DNA of 52,579 nucleotides from Jatrophihabitantaceae bacterium. GTDB taxonomy: Bacteria > Actinomycetota > Actinomycetes > Mycobacteriales > Jatrophihabitantaceae. Where the stretch lies: positions 1 through 52,579 of the forward strand of contig DASRSG010000112.1 in NCBI GenBank assembly GCA_035656595.1. The letters run 5' to 3'. The notes below the pieces were generated by a model that ran no database searches, had not been told where the DNA came from, and worked only from the letters and a program-made list of their open reading frames with translations. The translations under genes and the position numbers were made by a program. Below are positions 1 through 11,304 of this stretch, piece after piece (position 1 is the first letter of the stretch; each line of letters opens with the position of its first letter).

Positions 1-3000
1 CTGGTCGCGACGCAGGGCAGCGCGGCGATCTGGCTGTTGGGAATCGGCCTGCTGCTTTCCTGGGCAGCCGCACCCGGTTGGACCGAGTTGACGCTGATGT
101 GGCCGGATCGAGTCGGCGGTATCGCCGCGACCTGCGCCGAGGCGTTCCGCCGCTACAACCCCGTGCTCGCCAACTTGACCGGCGTCTGTTACTGGTGGGG
201 CTGGGTACCTACCTGCGGGCTGACTGCGTTGCTGTCCTCACAGGCCTTGCACGACTGGTATCTGCCCGCAGTGCCGGTCACCGCGATGGCAGTCGGAATC
301 GTCGTCGCGTTCGCGGTGCTCAACCTGACCGGCATCGCCAGGGTGTCCTGGGTGGTGAAATACATTGCCGCCGGCGCTGCCTCGCTCGCACTACTCAGCG
401 CGGTGTTGCCGCTGCTGCACGGCGACGTCGACGGATCGCGAGCGACCTCGTGGCACCTGCTCTCACCGTTCCACGGCGTGTTCGGCGGCATCTCCAGCGC
501 GATGGCCGGTTTGTACCTGATCGGTTTCGCCGCCCCGGCCTTCGAGGCCGCGACGTGTCACGTCGGCGAGATGCGCGATCCGGCTCGCTCGTTGCCGCGC
601 GCAATGGCTGCCAGCGCGGTGATGGCCGGACTGTTCTTCCTCGTGCTCCCCGCCACCTGGCTGGGCATCTTCGGCAGCGCAGGTCTCGGCGATGCGAGCC
701 GAGCGGGCCTCGCGCACCTGCTCGGCCCGACGTTCGTCCCGCTGTTCGGCGGACTGGCCAAGAGCGCCGCGATCTGGTTCCTCGTGCTGAACATGTTCCA
801 CGGCACGCTTCAACCGCTGGCCGGCGCTTCGCGAACCCTCTCGCAGCTGTCCGAGGACGGGCTCCTGCCGCGCCTGGTCGGGCTGCGTAACCGCTTCGAC
901 GCACCCCACGTTGCGATCGTCCTGACAGCTGGCATGGCGATCGCATTCCTGCTCGTCGGCGACCCGTTGTGGATGATCGCCGCCGCGAACTTCACCTACC
1001 TGATCAGCATCGCGTTGCCGAGCGTCGCGGTGTGGCTGTTACGTCGCGACGATCCAGATCGCGAACGGCTCTGGCGAGCACCTAAGGGCACCGTCACGCT
1101 CGGCCTGTTCGCTGCCGGGGCATGGCTCGTAGCGACCGTGCTCGGGTTCCGTCAGTTCGGAATGCCGGTCGTGCTGTCCGGCCTGGCCTTGGCGTATTCC
1201 GGATCGCTCTTTTACCTGTGGCGCCGATTCACCGATTTGCGCAGCGAGCGACGAGAGGGCAAGGGCCGCAGCCTGCACGTCAAGCTGACCGGCGCCATGC
1301 TTGCAGTGATGGTGCTCGACGGTGCCGGCTACCTGCTCGCGGTGACGTCCAGCGGCCACAGCAGTCCGGCTCGCATCGCCCTGCTTGAAGACATATTCGT
1401 CGCGGTGGCCTTGGTGTCCATCGGCGTCGGGCTCGTGCTGCCCGGCATGATCGCGCACTCGGTAACCCAGGTTGCCGACGCTGCGAACGAACTGTCTCTC
1501 GGGACGCTCACCGAACTCACCCACGCGATGGAAGCGCTCGGTCGCGGCGATCTTGATCAAGCTCGCGCCACGCAACAGGTGACGCCGGTGATCGTGCACA
1601 GCCGCGACGAGGTCGGCGCGATGGCTGCGGCCTTCAACCACATGCAGGACGAGATCAGCCGTGCCGCTCGCGCACTCGACGGTGCACGCGAAGCGCTGAG
1701 CCGTTCGCGCGGCGACCTCGAATACCTGGCCACCCACGACTCGCTCACCACCCTGCCCAACCGCCGGCACGCCAAGGACGAGGTGGAACGGCTCATCGCC
1801 GAGTGCGTTGTCGCCGGTCGCCGCTGCGCTGTCGTGGCGCTGGACCTCGACGGGTTCAAGTACATCAACGACAGCCGCGGCCACGCCGTCGGAGATGACG
1901 TGCTCACCCATGTCGCGGATCTCTTCCGCGCCCAACTGCGGCCTTCGGACTTCATCGGCCGGGTAGGCGGCGACGAATTCGCCGCAGTGCTACCCAACAT
2001 AAGCGCCGACGAGGCGCAGCTGGTCATCTTCCGCCTGCTCGAAGCGCTGCGGTCCGAGGCAATCGTCGTCCAGAACGGGCGTGCTGTGCGGGTGACCGCC
2101 AGCGCCGGCATGGCGTTCCTCAACCCCACCGAACCGCAAACCGCGGCCGACCTTCTGGTCGAAGCCGACGTTGCGATGTATCAGGCGAAGGACAGCGGTC
2201 GCGATCGGCTCGCCATCTACTCGACCGGAGATCTCAGACAGGCCGACCTCCGAGGCCGGCACACCTGGGTCGACCGGATTCAGGACGCCCTCGAGCACGA
2301 CCAATTCGTCCTGCAGGCCCAACCGATACTCAACCTGCACACCGGAACCGTGGATCGCTACGAAGTGCTGTTGCGCATGATCGGCCTCGACGGCGTTCTC
2401 ATCCCGCCCGGCGACTTCCTTCCGGCCGCAGAGCGATCCGGCCTGATCGGCCAGATCGATCAATGGGTCATCGTGGAAACCTGCCGCATGCTCGCCGAGC
2501 AACAGCACGCCGGTCGCGACACTCACCTCTCGGTGAACCTTTCCGGAACGTCCATGGGCGAACCGACGATGCTCGCGCTCATCCAACGCGAACTGGCGAA
2601 CCTACCGCGCCGCGGCGGACTGACCATCGAAGTCACCGAAACGGCAGCGATCACCGACATCGATCGCGCGCGATCCTTCGCCGATCACTTGGAGACGCTC
2701 GGCTGCGAATTCGCGCTCGACGACTTCGGCGCCGGCTACGGCTCCTTCTACTACCTCAAGCACCTGCCGTTCGACTATCTGAAGATCGACGGCACCTTCA
2801 TCCGCGATCTGCTCACCGATCGGGCCGATCAGGTGTTGGTTCGTTCCCTCGTACACATCGCCCGTGAACTGGGCAAGCACACCGTCGCCGAGTTCGTCGA
2901 AGACCAAGCAACCCAGGACAAGCTTCGTGAGCTCGGTGTCGACTATGCCCAGGGCTACCACGTCGGCCGGCCGGCAGCACTCAACACCCACCAGGGTGCT

Positions 3001-3039
3001 TTCGCGGCCGCGCTAACGACCCGGTCAGCGGCGAGCTGA
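1..3039 (+). CDS. Multi-domain signalling protein, 5' end outside the window: APC-superfamily permease-like membrane domain + HAMP + GGDEF + EAL
   Basis: The frame is open from nt 1; the ORF track starts at TTG 37. Multi-TM region resembles APC permeases (AGLYLIGFAAPAFEAATCHVGEMRDPARSLPRAM). HAMP-like linker (EVGAMAAAFNHMQDEI). Intact GGDEF (RVGGDEFAAVL). EAL-domain motifs (YEVLLRM, DDFGAGYGSFYYLKHLPFDYLKIDG). Confidence 0.85.
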   Translation: MVATQGSAAIWLLGIGLLLSWAAAPGWTELTLMWPDRVGGIAATCAEAFRRYNPVLANLTGVCYWWGWVPTCGLTALLSSQALHDWYLPAVPVTAMAVGIVVAFAVLNLTGIARVSWVVKYIAAGAASLALLSAVLPLLHGDVDGSRATSWHLLSPFHGVFGGISSAMAGLYLIGFAAPAFEAATCHVGEMRDPARSLPRAMAASAVMAGLFFLVLPATWLGIFGSAGLGDASRAGLAHLLGPTFVPLFGGLAKSAAIWFLVLNMFHGTLQPLAGASRTLSQLSEDGLLPRLVGLRNRFDAPHVAIVLTAGMAIAFLLVGDPLWMIAAANFTYLISIALPSVAVWLLRRDDPDRERLWRAPKGTVTLGLFAAGAWLVATVLGFRQFGMPVVLSGLALAYSGSLFYLWRRFTDLRSERREGKGRSLHVKLTGAMLAVMVLDGAGYLLAVTSSGHSSPARIALLEDIFVAVALVSIGVGLVLPGMIAHSVTQVADAANELSLGTLTELTHAMEALGRGDLDQARATQQVTPVIVHSRDEVGAMAAAFNHMQDEISRAARALDGAREALSRSRGDLEYLATHDSLTTLPNRRHAKDEVERLIAECVVAGRRCAVVALDLDGFKYINDSRGHAVGDDVLTHVADLFRAQLRPSDFIGRVGGDEFAAVLPNISADEAQLVIFRLLEALRSEAIVVQNGRAVRVTASAGMAFLNPTEPQTAADLLVEADVAMYQAKDSGRDRLAIYSTGDLRQADLRGRHTWVDRIQDALEHDQFVLQAQPILNLHTGTVDRYEVLLRMIGLDGVLIPPGDFLPAAERSGLIGQIDQWVIVETCRMLAEQQHAGRDTHLSVNLSGTSMGEPTMLALIQRELANLPRRGGLTIEVTETAAITDIDRARSFADHLETLGCEFALDDFGAGYGSFYYLKHLPFDYLKIDGTFIRDLLTDRADQVLVRSLVHIARELGKHTVAEFVEDQATQDKLRELGVDYAQGYHVGRPAALNTHQGAFAAALTTRSAAS

Positions 3040-4431
3040 CGAGCGGGCGGGACGTCGTCGCGACGAGTTGCCCGGACGGCTGCTTGTCGTGCGCGGAGCA
3101 GCGGGACGCGACACCGGCACATCGATCGCCTCACCGGACGCGGCAAGCGCGCGCACGTCCGGATGTCCCGAACTGACCGAGCTGACCTGCGCCTTGACCT
3201 GCGCGGTCCGGTGCAGTTGGGCGAGTTGGGCAACCTGCTCGGGCTCGACCAGGCTGAGCACCGTGCCGGACGCACCGGCGCGCGCCGTCCGTCCCGAGCG
3301 GTGCAGGTAGTCCTTGTGGTCCTTCGGCGGATCGAAGTGCACGACGAGATCGACATCATCGACGTGGATTCCGCGCGCGGCAACATCGGTGGCAATCAGC
3401 ACCCGGGCCTGCCCGGATGCGAACGCGTCCAAGGCGCGACGTCGCTGGTTCTGATTGAGGTTGCCGTGGATCGCGCCCGCATCGACCCCACGAGCACGCA
3501 GTTGACGGGCCAACCGGTCGGCACCGTGCTTGGTGCGGACGAAGAAGAGCGTGCGCGCCGGGCGGACCGCTATCTCGGCTGCCACGGCGAGCTTGTCCTG
3601 ACGTGCCAGCCGGAAGACCCGGTGCTGCATGTCAGCAGCGTTCGTGTTGTCAACGGCATGGAATGCCGGGCGTTGCAGGTAGCGCGACGCGAGCTTGTCG
3701 ACATCGCCGTCAAGCGTGGCCGAGAACAACATGCACTGCCGGTTGCTCGGCGTTGCATCGAGGATCTGGCTGACTGCCGGCAGGAAACCGAGGTCGGCCA
3801 TGTGGTCAGCCTCGTCGATGACGGCCACGCTGATCTCGCGCAGGTTCGTGTCCCGGCGGTTGAGCAGATCGAGCAAGCGACCCGGCGTAGCAACGATGAT
3901 GTCGACGCCGCGCCGGAGTTCGGCGATCTGTCTCGACATCGATGCGCCGCCGACCACCACGAGCACGCGCAAGCCGACCACTCGCGCAGCGGGCTCGATC
4001 GCGCTCGCCACCTGATCGGCGAGTTCACGCGTCGGGACGAGCACGAGACCGCGCGGCGCTTTGGCCGGGGCGCTCTTGCTGAGCCGGACGACGAGCGGCA
4101 GACCGAAGGCGAGAGTCTTTCCCGAACCGGTCTGCGCGCGGCCGAGAATGTCGCGTCCGGCAAGGGCGTCCGGCACGGTGCGCGCCTGGATTGGACTCGG
4201 CCGGGTGATCCGCGCCTCAGTCAGCGCATTCACGATGCCTTGCGGCAGGCCCAATGCGGCGAAGTCGGCGATGTCGGGCAGCGGCCGTTGCATCGCAGCC
4301 GCGAGATCGCTGTCGGTTCGGCCGCCAGTCGAGCGAACGCGGGCAGGTGCAGAGGACGGACGGGGTCCGCTCGACGGCCGGCGGCGACGGCCGCTCGAGC
4401 GCGGCGCATGGTGGGAACTTTGTACGGGCAT
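3025..4431 (-). CDS. DEAD-box ATP-dependent RNA helicase with basic N- and C-terminal tails
   Basis: Walker A AQTGSGKTLAF, DEAD box VIDEADHMAD, SAT, HRSGRTARAG. The ORF extends to 4491, but ATG 4431 (MPVQSS) has an AGGA-type SD about 8 nt upstream. Start is uncertain. Confidence 0.85.
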   Translation of the reverse strand: MPVQSSHHAPRSSGRRRRPSSGPRPSSAPARVRSTGGRTDSDLAAAMQRPLPDIADFAALGLPQGIVNALTEARITRPSPIQARTVPDALAGRDILGRAQTGSGKTLAFGLPLVVRLSKSAPAKAPRGLVLVPTRELADQVASAIEPAARVVGLRVLVVVGGASMSRQIAELRRGVDIIVATPGRLLDLLNRRDTNLREISVAVIDEADHMADLGFLPAVSQILDATPSNRQCMLFSATLDGDVDKLASRYLQRPAFHAVDNTNAADMQHRVFRLARQDKLAVAAEIAVRPARTLFFVRTKHGADRLARQLRARGVDAGAIHGNLNQNQRRRALDAFASGQARVLIATDVAARGIHVDDVDLVVHFDPPKDHKDYLHRSGRTARAGASGTVLSLVEPEQVAQLAQLHRTAQVKAQVSSVSSGHPDVRALAASGEAIDVPVSRPAAPRTTSSRPGNSSRRRPARSSARR

Positions 4432-4580
4432 GGAGATTCCTAGAGCTAGGCAGGCCGCTGAGAGAAGGGCCTGTCCGCTAGGAGAAACCAAAGTCGTGCA
4501 GCCACGCGGAATTACTCATCCGCGAGAGGCGCGGCAAGATCGCCGCTCACCTCCACAGTACACGTCATCGCCTGCAAGCT

Positions 4581-5387
4581 TCAGCCGATGCTGATCAGTT
4601 CCATCACATCGTCGGCTGGTAATGGTCCGTCGATCACGGCGCCGACTCTGGTTTCCAGCAGGTCGGCTGCCCCGCCGTACAAGGACAGAAAGGCCGTGTC
4701 TGCCGCGTCGCGGCCGGTGGCTATGCGCACCAAACTCGCGCGCGGTGCAAGCAGTGTCGCGTCGACGACTCGCCACGCACCGTCGATCGCCGCCTCGGCA
4801 ACTGCGTGAAAGTCCATCGGATCAAGACCCGGCGCATACACCGCCGCAAGCCGCGCCGGAACGTCCAGCGCGCGCAGCAACGCGACGACGAGGTGCACGT
4901 AGTCGCGGCACACCCCGCGCCGCGACAGCAGGGTGTCCACCGCGCCGTCGGTCGGACCACTGCTGCCCGGAACGTAGTCGAGTCGCGAACCGACCCAGGA
5001 CGACACCGCAGCAAGCAACTCCGCGCCTCCGCTGATGCCGGCGAACTCGGCCTGCGCAGTCGGCGCGAGCCGATCCGACTCGGCATACCTGCTGGGCCGC
5101 AGGAACCGGATCGAATCGGCCACGGTGACGGGCGTGGCGCTGATGCCATCACGCACGGTGGCGCGATAGCCCACCTCGATGCGCCCTGCCGGGGCCCGCA
5201 TCAGGTGCACCCGGCCCTCCGGCGTGGCCACGTCGTCGACGTCGAGCGCCCGGCCGTTGCAGGTGACGGTTAGCGACTCGTCGAGTTGCTCTGCCGACGC
5301 CCCGTCCACCGCCACTTGCACCATCGCGCGTAACGGCTGGTGTACGTCGAACACGAGGCTGGCTTCGACGTGCCGGGTCGCAATCAC
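4581..5387 (-). CDS. Transglutaminase-like family protein (Cys-His-Asp core)
   Basis: RRGVCRDYVHLVVALLRALDVPARL followed by FHAVAEAAIDGAWRVVDAT matches the transglutaminase-like cysteine protease core. GTG start at 5387. Confidence 0.75.
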   Translation of the reverse strand: MIATRHVEASLVFDVHQPLRAMVQVAVDGASAEQLDESLTVTCNGRALDVDDVATPEGRVHLMRAPAGRIEVGYRATVRDGISATPVTVADSIRFLRPSRYAESDRLAPTAQAEFAGISGGAELLAAVSSWVGSRLDYVPGSSGPTDGAVDTLLSRRGVCRDYVHLVVALLRALDVPARLAAVYAPGLDPMDFHAVAEAAIDGAWRVVDATLLAPRASLVRIATGRDAADTAFLSLYGGAADLLETRVGAVIDGPLPADDVMELISIG

Positions 5388-5415
5388 CGGCTAAGTATCA
5401 AGGACGCGCGGTGAG

Positions 5416-6090
5416 CTAGTGGACGCGCTTGGTCGAACCCACCAACACGACCTGCCCGGACGAGTTCTCGCCACCGCCCACACGTTGGCGGGTAACGGTC
5501 AGGGTCGGGAACTTGTCGGGCGGTACGCCGGCCCACAGAGTGACGTCCTTCGGCTGGTTGAACGTGCCGATGGGGACGAGGACGCCGGCCGCGTTCTTCA
5601 ACCATGCCTCGTAGTACGCCCCGTTGTCCCGGCGCGGCAGCCCGGTGGCGCTGATCTGGATCCGCCATCCGCCGACCGTCTTGGTAAGCGTTGCCTGCCC
5701 CGCCGCATTGGGAGCGAGCGGCGTGGCGGTGAGCGCGGCCGCGAACTGCTCGGGCGCACTGGTCGACCCGGCAAGGTTGACGCCGACAGTTATCCCGACG
5801 GCGAGCAACACCGCGGCCGCGGCGGCCAGGATCGCGTACCGAAGCCGCTTCGACCGGCGCAGCGCCAGGTCCGTCACCTCGGCGACTGGCGTAGGTGCGG
5901 TCTCGGGGCCGGCGGCGGCGGCTGCGCTGATGCCGTCGACAACGCGCTGCTGCAGGCTGGGATCGGGATCGGCCCACATCGACGGATCGGCGAGCAGGTT
6001 GCGCAGATCCTCGAGCTCAGCTCGCTCAGCAGCATCGAGAGAAGCTACGTCGTCGCCAGCGAGATAGGCGATCCGGTCGTCGTCATTCAT
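5416..6090 (-). CDS. Anti-sigma factor, RskA-like (N-terminal anti-sigma domain, one TM, extracytoplasmic RskA-type C-domain)
   Basis: MNDDDRIAYLAGDD start at ATG 6090 overlaps the sigma stop codon (6083..6085) by 8 nt (ATGAATGA). TM segment YAILAAAAAVLLAVGITVGV. C-terminal GGWRIQISATGLP...YYEAWL resembles the anti-sigma-K RskA domain. Confidence 0.75.
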   Translation of the reverse strand: MNDDDRIAYLAGDDVASLDAAERAELEDLRNLLADPSMWADPDPSLQQRVVDGISAAAAAGPETAPTPVAEVTDLALRRSKRLRYAILAAAAAVLLAVGITVGVNLAGSTSAPEQFAAALTATPLAPNAAGQATLTKTVGGWRIQISATGLPRRDNGAYYEAWLKNAAGVLVPIGTFNQPKDVTLWAGVPPDKFPTLTVTRQRVGGGENSSGQVVLVGSTKRVH

Positions 6091-6721
6091 GGGACTCAGC
6101 TCCTCTCTGCCCGAATCGTTCCCGATCGCTGGATTCAACATCATCTCGCAGGTGCCCGAGCAGGCCCATCAAGCGACGATGCGCGCGATGGGTGCGCGAC
6201 TTCACGGTGCCCACCGGGATGTCGAGGCGCGCTGCGATCTCACTCTGTGTCAATCCGCCGAAGTGCTGCATGCGCACCAGCTCTTGCTCGTCATCGGGCA
6301 GCGAGTCGACTGCGCGGCGAACCTCCCAAACGTCGTAGATCTGCTCGGCCGACGGTGGCGGAGTGGCTAACAGTGCCTCCGCGTCATCGATGTTGCCCTG
6401 GTTGCGATGCCGCTGGGACTGACGGTGAACATCGATCGCCACGCGTCGGGCAATGGTCGCCAACCATGGCCCCAACGCTCGCGCCGGATCGAAGCGCTCC
6501 GACGAGCGCCACGCCTGCAGGAAGGTCTGCTGCGTCGCATCCTCGGCAAGCCCTCGGTCGCCAAGCACCTTGAACGCGACGGAGAAGACCAATCGGCCGT
6601 AGGTCTGGTAGACAGCGCGCACCGCATCCGGGTCGCCGGTGGCGAACTCCGCGGCCAGCTGGGCATCGCCCATCACCACCGTCGTCACGTTACCCGCCTC
6701 GGCATCATCAGTGCACTGCAA
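6083..6721 (-). CDS. ECF-type RNA polymerase sigma-70 family factor (SigK-like)
   Basis: Region 2 (TFLQAWRSSERFDPARALGPWLATIARRVAIDVHR) and region 4 HTH (GLTQSEIAARLDIPVGTVKSRTHRA). Alternative start at ATG 6673 (MGDAQL). Confidence 0.85.
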   Translation of the reverse strand: MQCTDDAEAGNVTTVVMGDAQLAAEFATGDPDAVRAVYQTYGRLVFSVAFKVLGDRGLAEDATQQTFLQAWRSSERFDPARALGPWLATIARRVAIDVHRQSQRHRNQGNIDDAEALLATPPPSAEQIYDVWEVRRAVDSLPDDEQELVRMQHFGGLTQSEIAARLDIPVGTVKSRTHRAHRRLMGLLGHLRDDVESSDRERFGQRGAESHE

Positions 6722-6857
6722 TCAGCCTGCGTCCTAAGTACGCAACGAACATGGTGTGTGGTTCGCCGAAATTGGTGAGAACCGTTCGCGGCAGTCTCCC
6801 CGTACCCCCTCCAAGCGTCGATTGGTCGACGCCCCCCCATGACTCTCGGAGGTAGAA

Positions 6858-7493
6858 ATGAAGCTCTCGAACACGAAGGCCGGCGCTCTCATCGGACTGG
6901 CTGCGGTAGTGATGGGCGGCGCGAGCGCTGTCGCGGCAACCAGCTCGGCGAAGCCGTCGAACGAGGAGACCGCCTTCTCACTCGTCCGGTCGGCGGGATC
7001 GGTCACTGCGGGCTGCCTGGTGCATGCCGGTGCACGGGTGCACATCAAGGGCCACGGTGCGGTCGAGACCATGACGATCGACGCGCACGGGCTGCCGAAG
7101 AACACCGACTTCGACACGTTCATCACCCAACTTCCCAATGCGCCGTTCGGCATCTCGTGGTACCAGGGCGATCTCGAGACCGACAAGCACGGCAACGCGC
7201 ACCAGAGCTACGTCGGACGATTCAGCGTCGAAACCTTCGCGGTCGCTCCGGGTTCAGGTCCCGCACCGGTCGTGCACACCAGCCCGATCGCGGACGCGAG
7301 CACGAACCCGGCATTCGCGCCGGTGCACGAATACCACGTCGGCGTCTGGTTCAACTCGGCCAAGGATGCCGCTGCCGCCGGCTGCGCGAACACCGTGACG
7401 CCGTTCAACGGTGAGCACAACGCCGGACCGCAGGCGCTGAGCACGCGTCAGTTCGCCGACGCGCGCGGCCCCCTGCGTCGCGTCAAGTCCTAG
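6858..7493 (+). CDS. Secreted hypothetical protein (signal peptide, two Cys)
   Basis: Strong SD GGAGGTAGAA before ATG 6858. Signal peptide MKLSNTKAGALIGLAAVVMGGASAVAATSSA. I recognise no family. Divergent from the ECF sigma gene. Confidence 0.7.
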   Translation: MKLSNTKAGALIGLAAVVMGGASAVAATSSAKPSNEETAFSLVRSAGSVTAGCLVHAGARVHIKGHGAVETMTIDAHGLPKNTDFDTFITQLPNAPFGISWYQGDLETDKHGNAHQSYVGRFSVETFAVAPGSGPAPVVHTSPIADASTNPAFAPVHEYHVGVWFNSAKDAAAAGCANTVTPFNGEHNAGPQALSTRQFADARGPLRRVKS

Positions 7494-7506
7494 CACGGTG
7501 GAGGGA

Positions 7507-7540
7507 GTGGCCACGGAGACCGCGAGGTCTGCGTGGCCAC
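7507..7540. terminator. Hairpin between convergent genes (candidate bidirectional terminator)
   Basis: GTGGCCACGGAGACC-GCGA-GGTCTGCGTGGCCAC gives 14 paired positions with one G-G mismatch and a 4-nt loop. It lies between the stops of 6858..7493 (+) and 7618..10521 (-). Confidence 0.55.
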
Positions 7541-7617
7541 CGCCCTTTGCGCCGTCCTGATCATGTGTCGCTGCTGGGTCCAGCGCGTATCGCTGCATGA
7601 TCACGACCGATGACAGG

Positions 7618-10551
<2,934 letters not shown>

Positions 10552-10591
10552 TCACGCTCGGCGCAGCCACCGTTCGCATAGGGTCGCGCTC

Positions 10592-11233
10592 GTGCATCCG
10601 CTCGCCACACTTCTCGAGGACGCGATCGAAGGTCGGTTCCCGCCCGCGGACGGTGGCTGGCACCGGGTCCCACCGTGGCGCGATGGGGTTGAAGCCGTCC
10701 TGGCCTTCACCGGGCACGCCGTGCTTGCCGTGTCCGACGATGTGAGCGAGCAACGGCTCACCGCGCTCGGCGTTGACGGTTTCGGCGGCGCGCATCACCC
10801 GCGCGTGCTGGTCGACCTCGCCGGGCCGGATGGGTGGATCGACAGCCTCGATGCGCTGATCGCCCGGCGCGGCACCGGCGGCGGGACGCCGCTGGTCGAT
10901 CGTCGCGACCTCGCGACGCACCCGCGCGCGGCGTTCGCGCAGGCAGTTCGTGACGAGGTCCGGGTGCTCGGCCGTCCCGATGAGGGCAGCCGCTCGCTGA
11001 CCACGGTCTCGCGAGGGATCGCCGGATTGTTCGAGATCAGCGTCGAAATCGACCCGGCCGAGCGGGGCCACGGCGAGGGCACCGCGATGATCCGGGCAGC
11101 GCTGGCCGCGATCCCGCATGGCGAGCCCGTCCTCGCCGCGGTGGCCCCCGGCAACGCCGCCAGCCTGCGCGCCTTTTTGGCCGCTGAATTCGCCGTTGTG
11201 GGTTCGGTCCAGGTCCTTCGTCCAAGACGTTGA
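10592..11233 (+). CDS. GNAT-like acetyltransferase-fold protein (start uncertain)
   Basis: The C-terminal EISVEIDPAERGHGEGTAMIRAAL...NAASLRAFLAAEFAVVGS resembles GNAT motif A. The ORF track start at 10415 overlaps lacZ; GTG 10592 is the first plausible start after the lacZ start. Confidence 0.5.
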   Translation: MHPLATLLEDAIEGRFPPADGGWHRVPPWRDGVEAVLAFTGHAVLAVSDDVSEQRLTALGVDGFGGAHHPRVLVDLAGPDGWIDSLDALIARRGTGGGTPLVDRRDLATHPRAAFAQAVRDEVRVLGRPDEGSRSLTTVSRGIAGLFEISVEIDPAERGHGEGTAMIRAALAAIPHGEPVLAAVAPGNAASLRAFLAAEFAVVGSVQVLRPRR

Positions 11234-11258
11234 AAACGATGCAACAATTGTCTAATCT
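11230..11258 (+). promoter_or_regulatory. Candidate sigma-70-type promoter TTGAAA-N17-TAATCT upstream of the PAS-GAF-PP2C gene
   Basis: TTGAAA at 11230..11235, a 17-nt spacer, TAATCT at 11253..11258, in a locally AT-richer stretch. Followed by SD GAAGGAGGG and ATG 11305. Confidence 0.4.
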
Positions 11259-11304
11259 GCTGGCCTGGCCCGAGCCAAGGGATAGGTGAAGGAGGGCATT
11301 TCCC

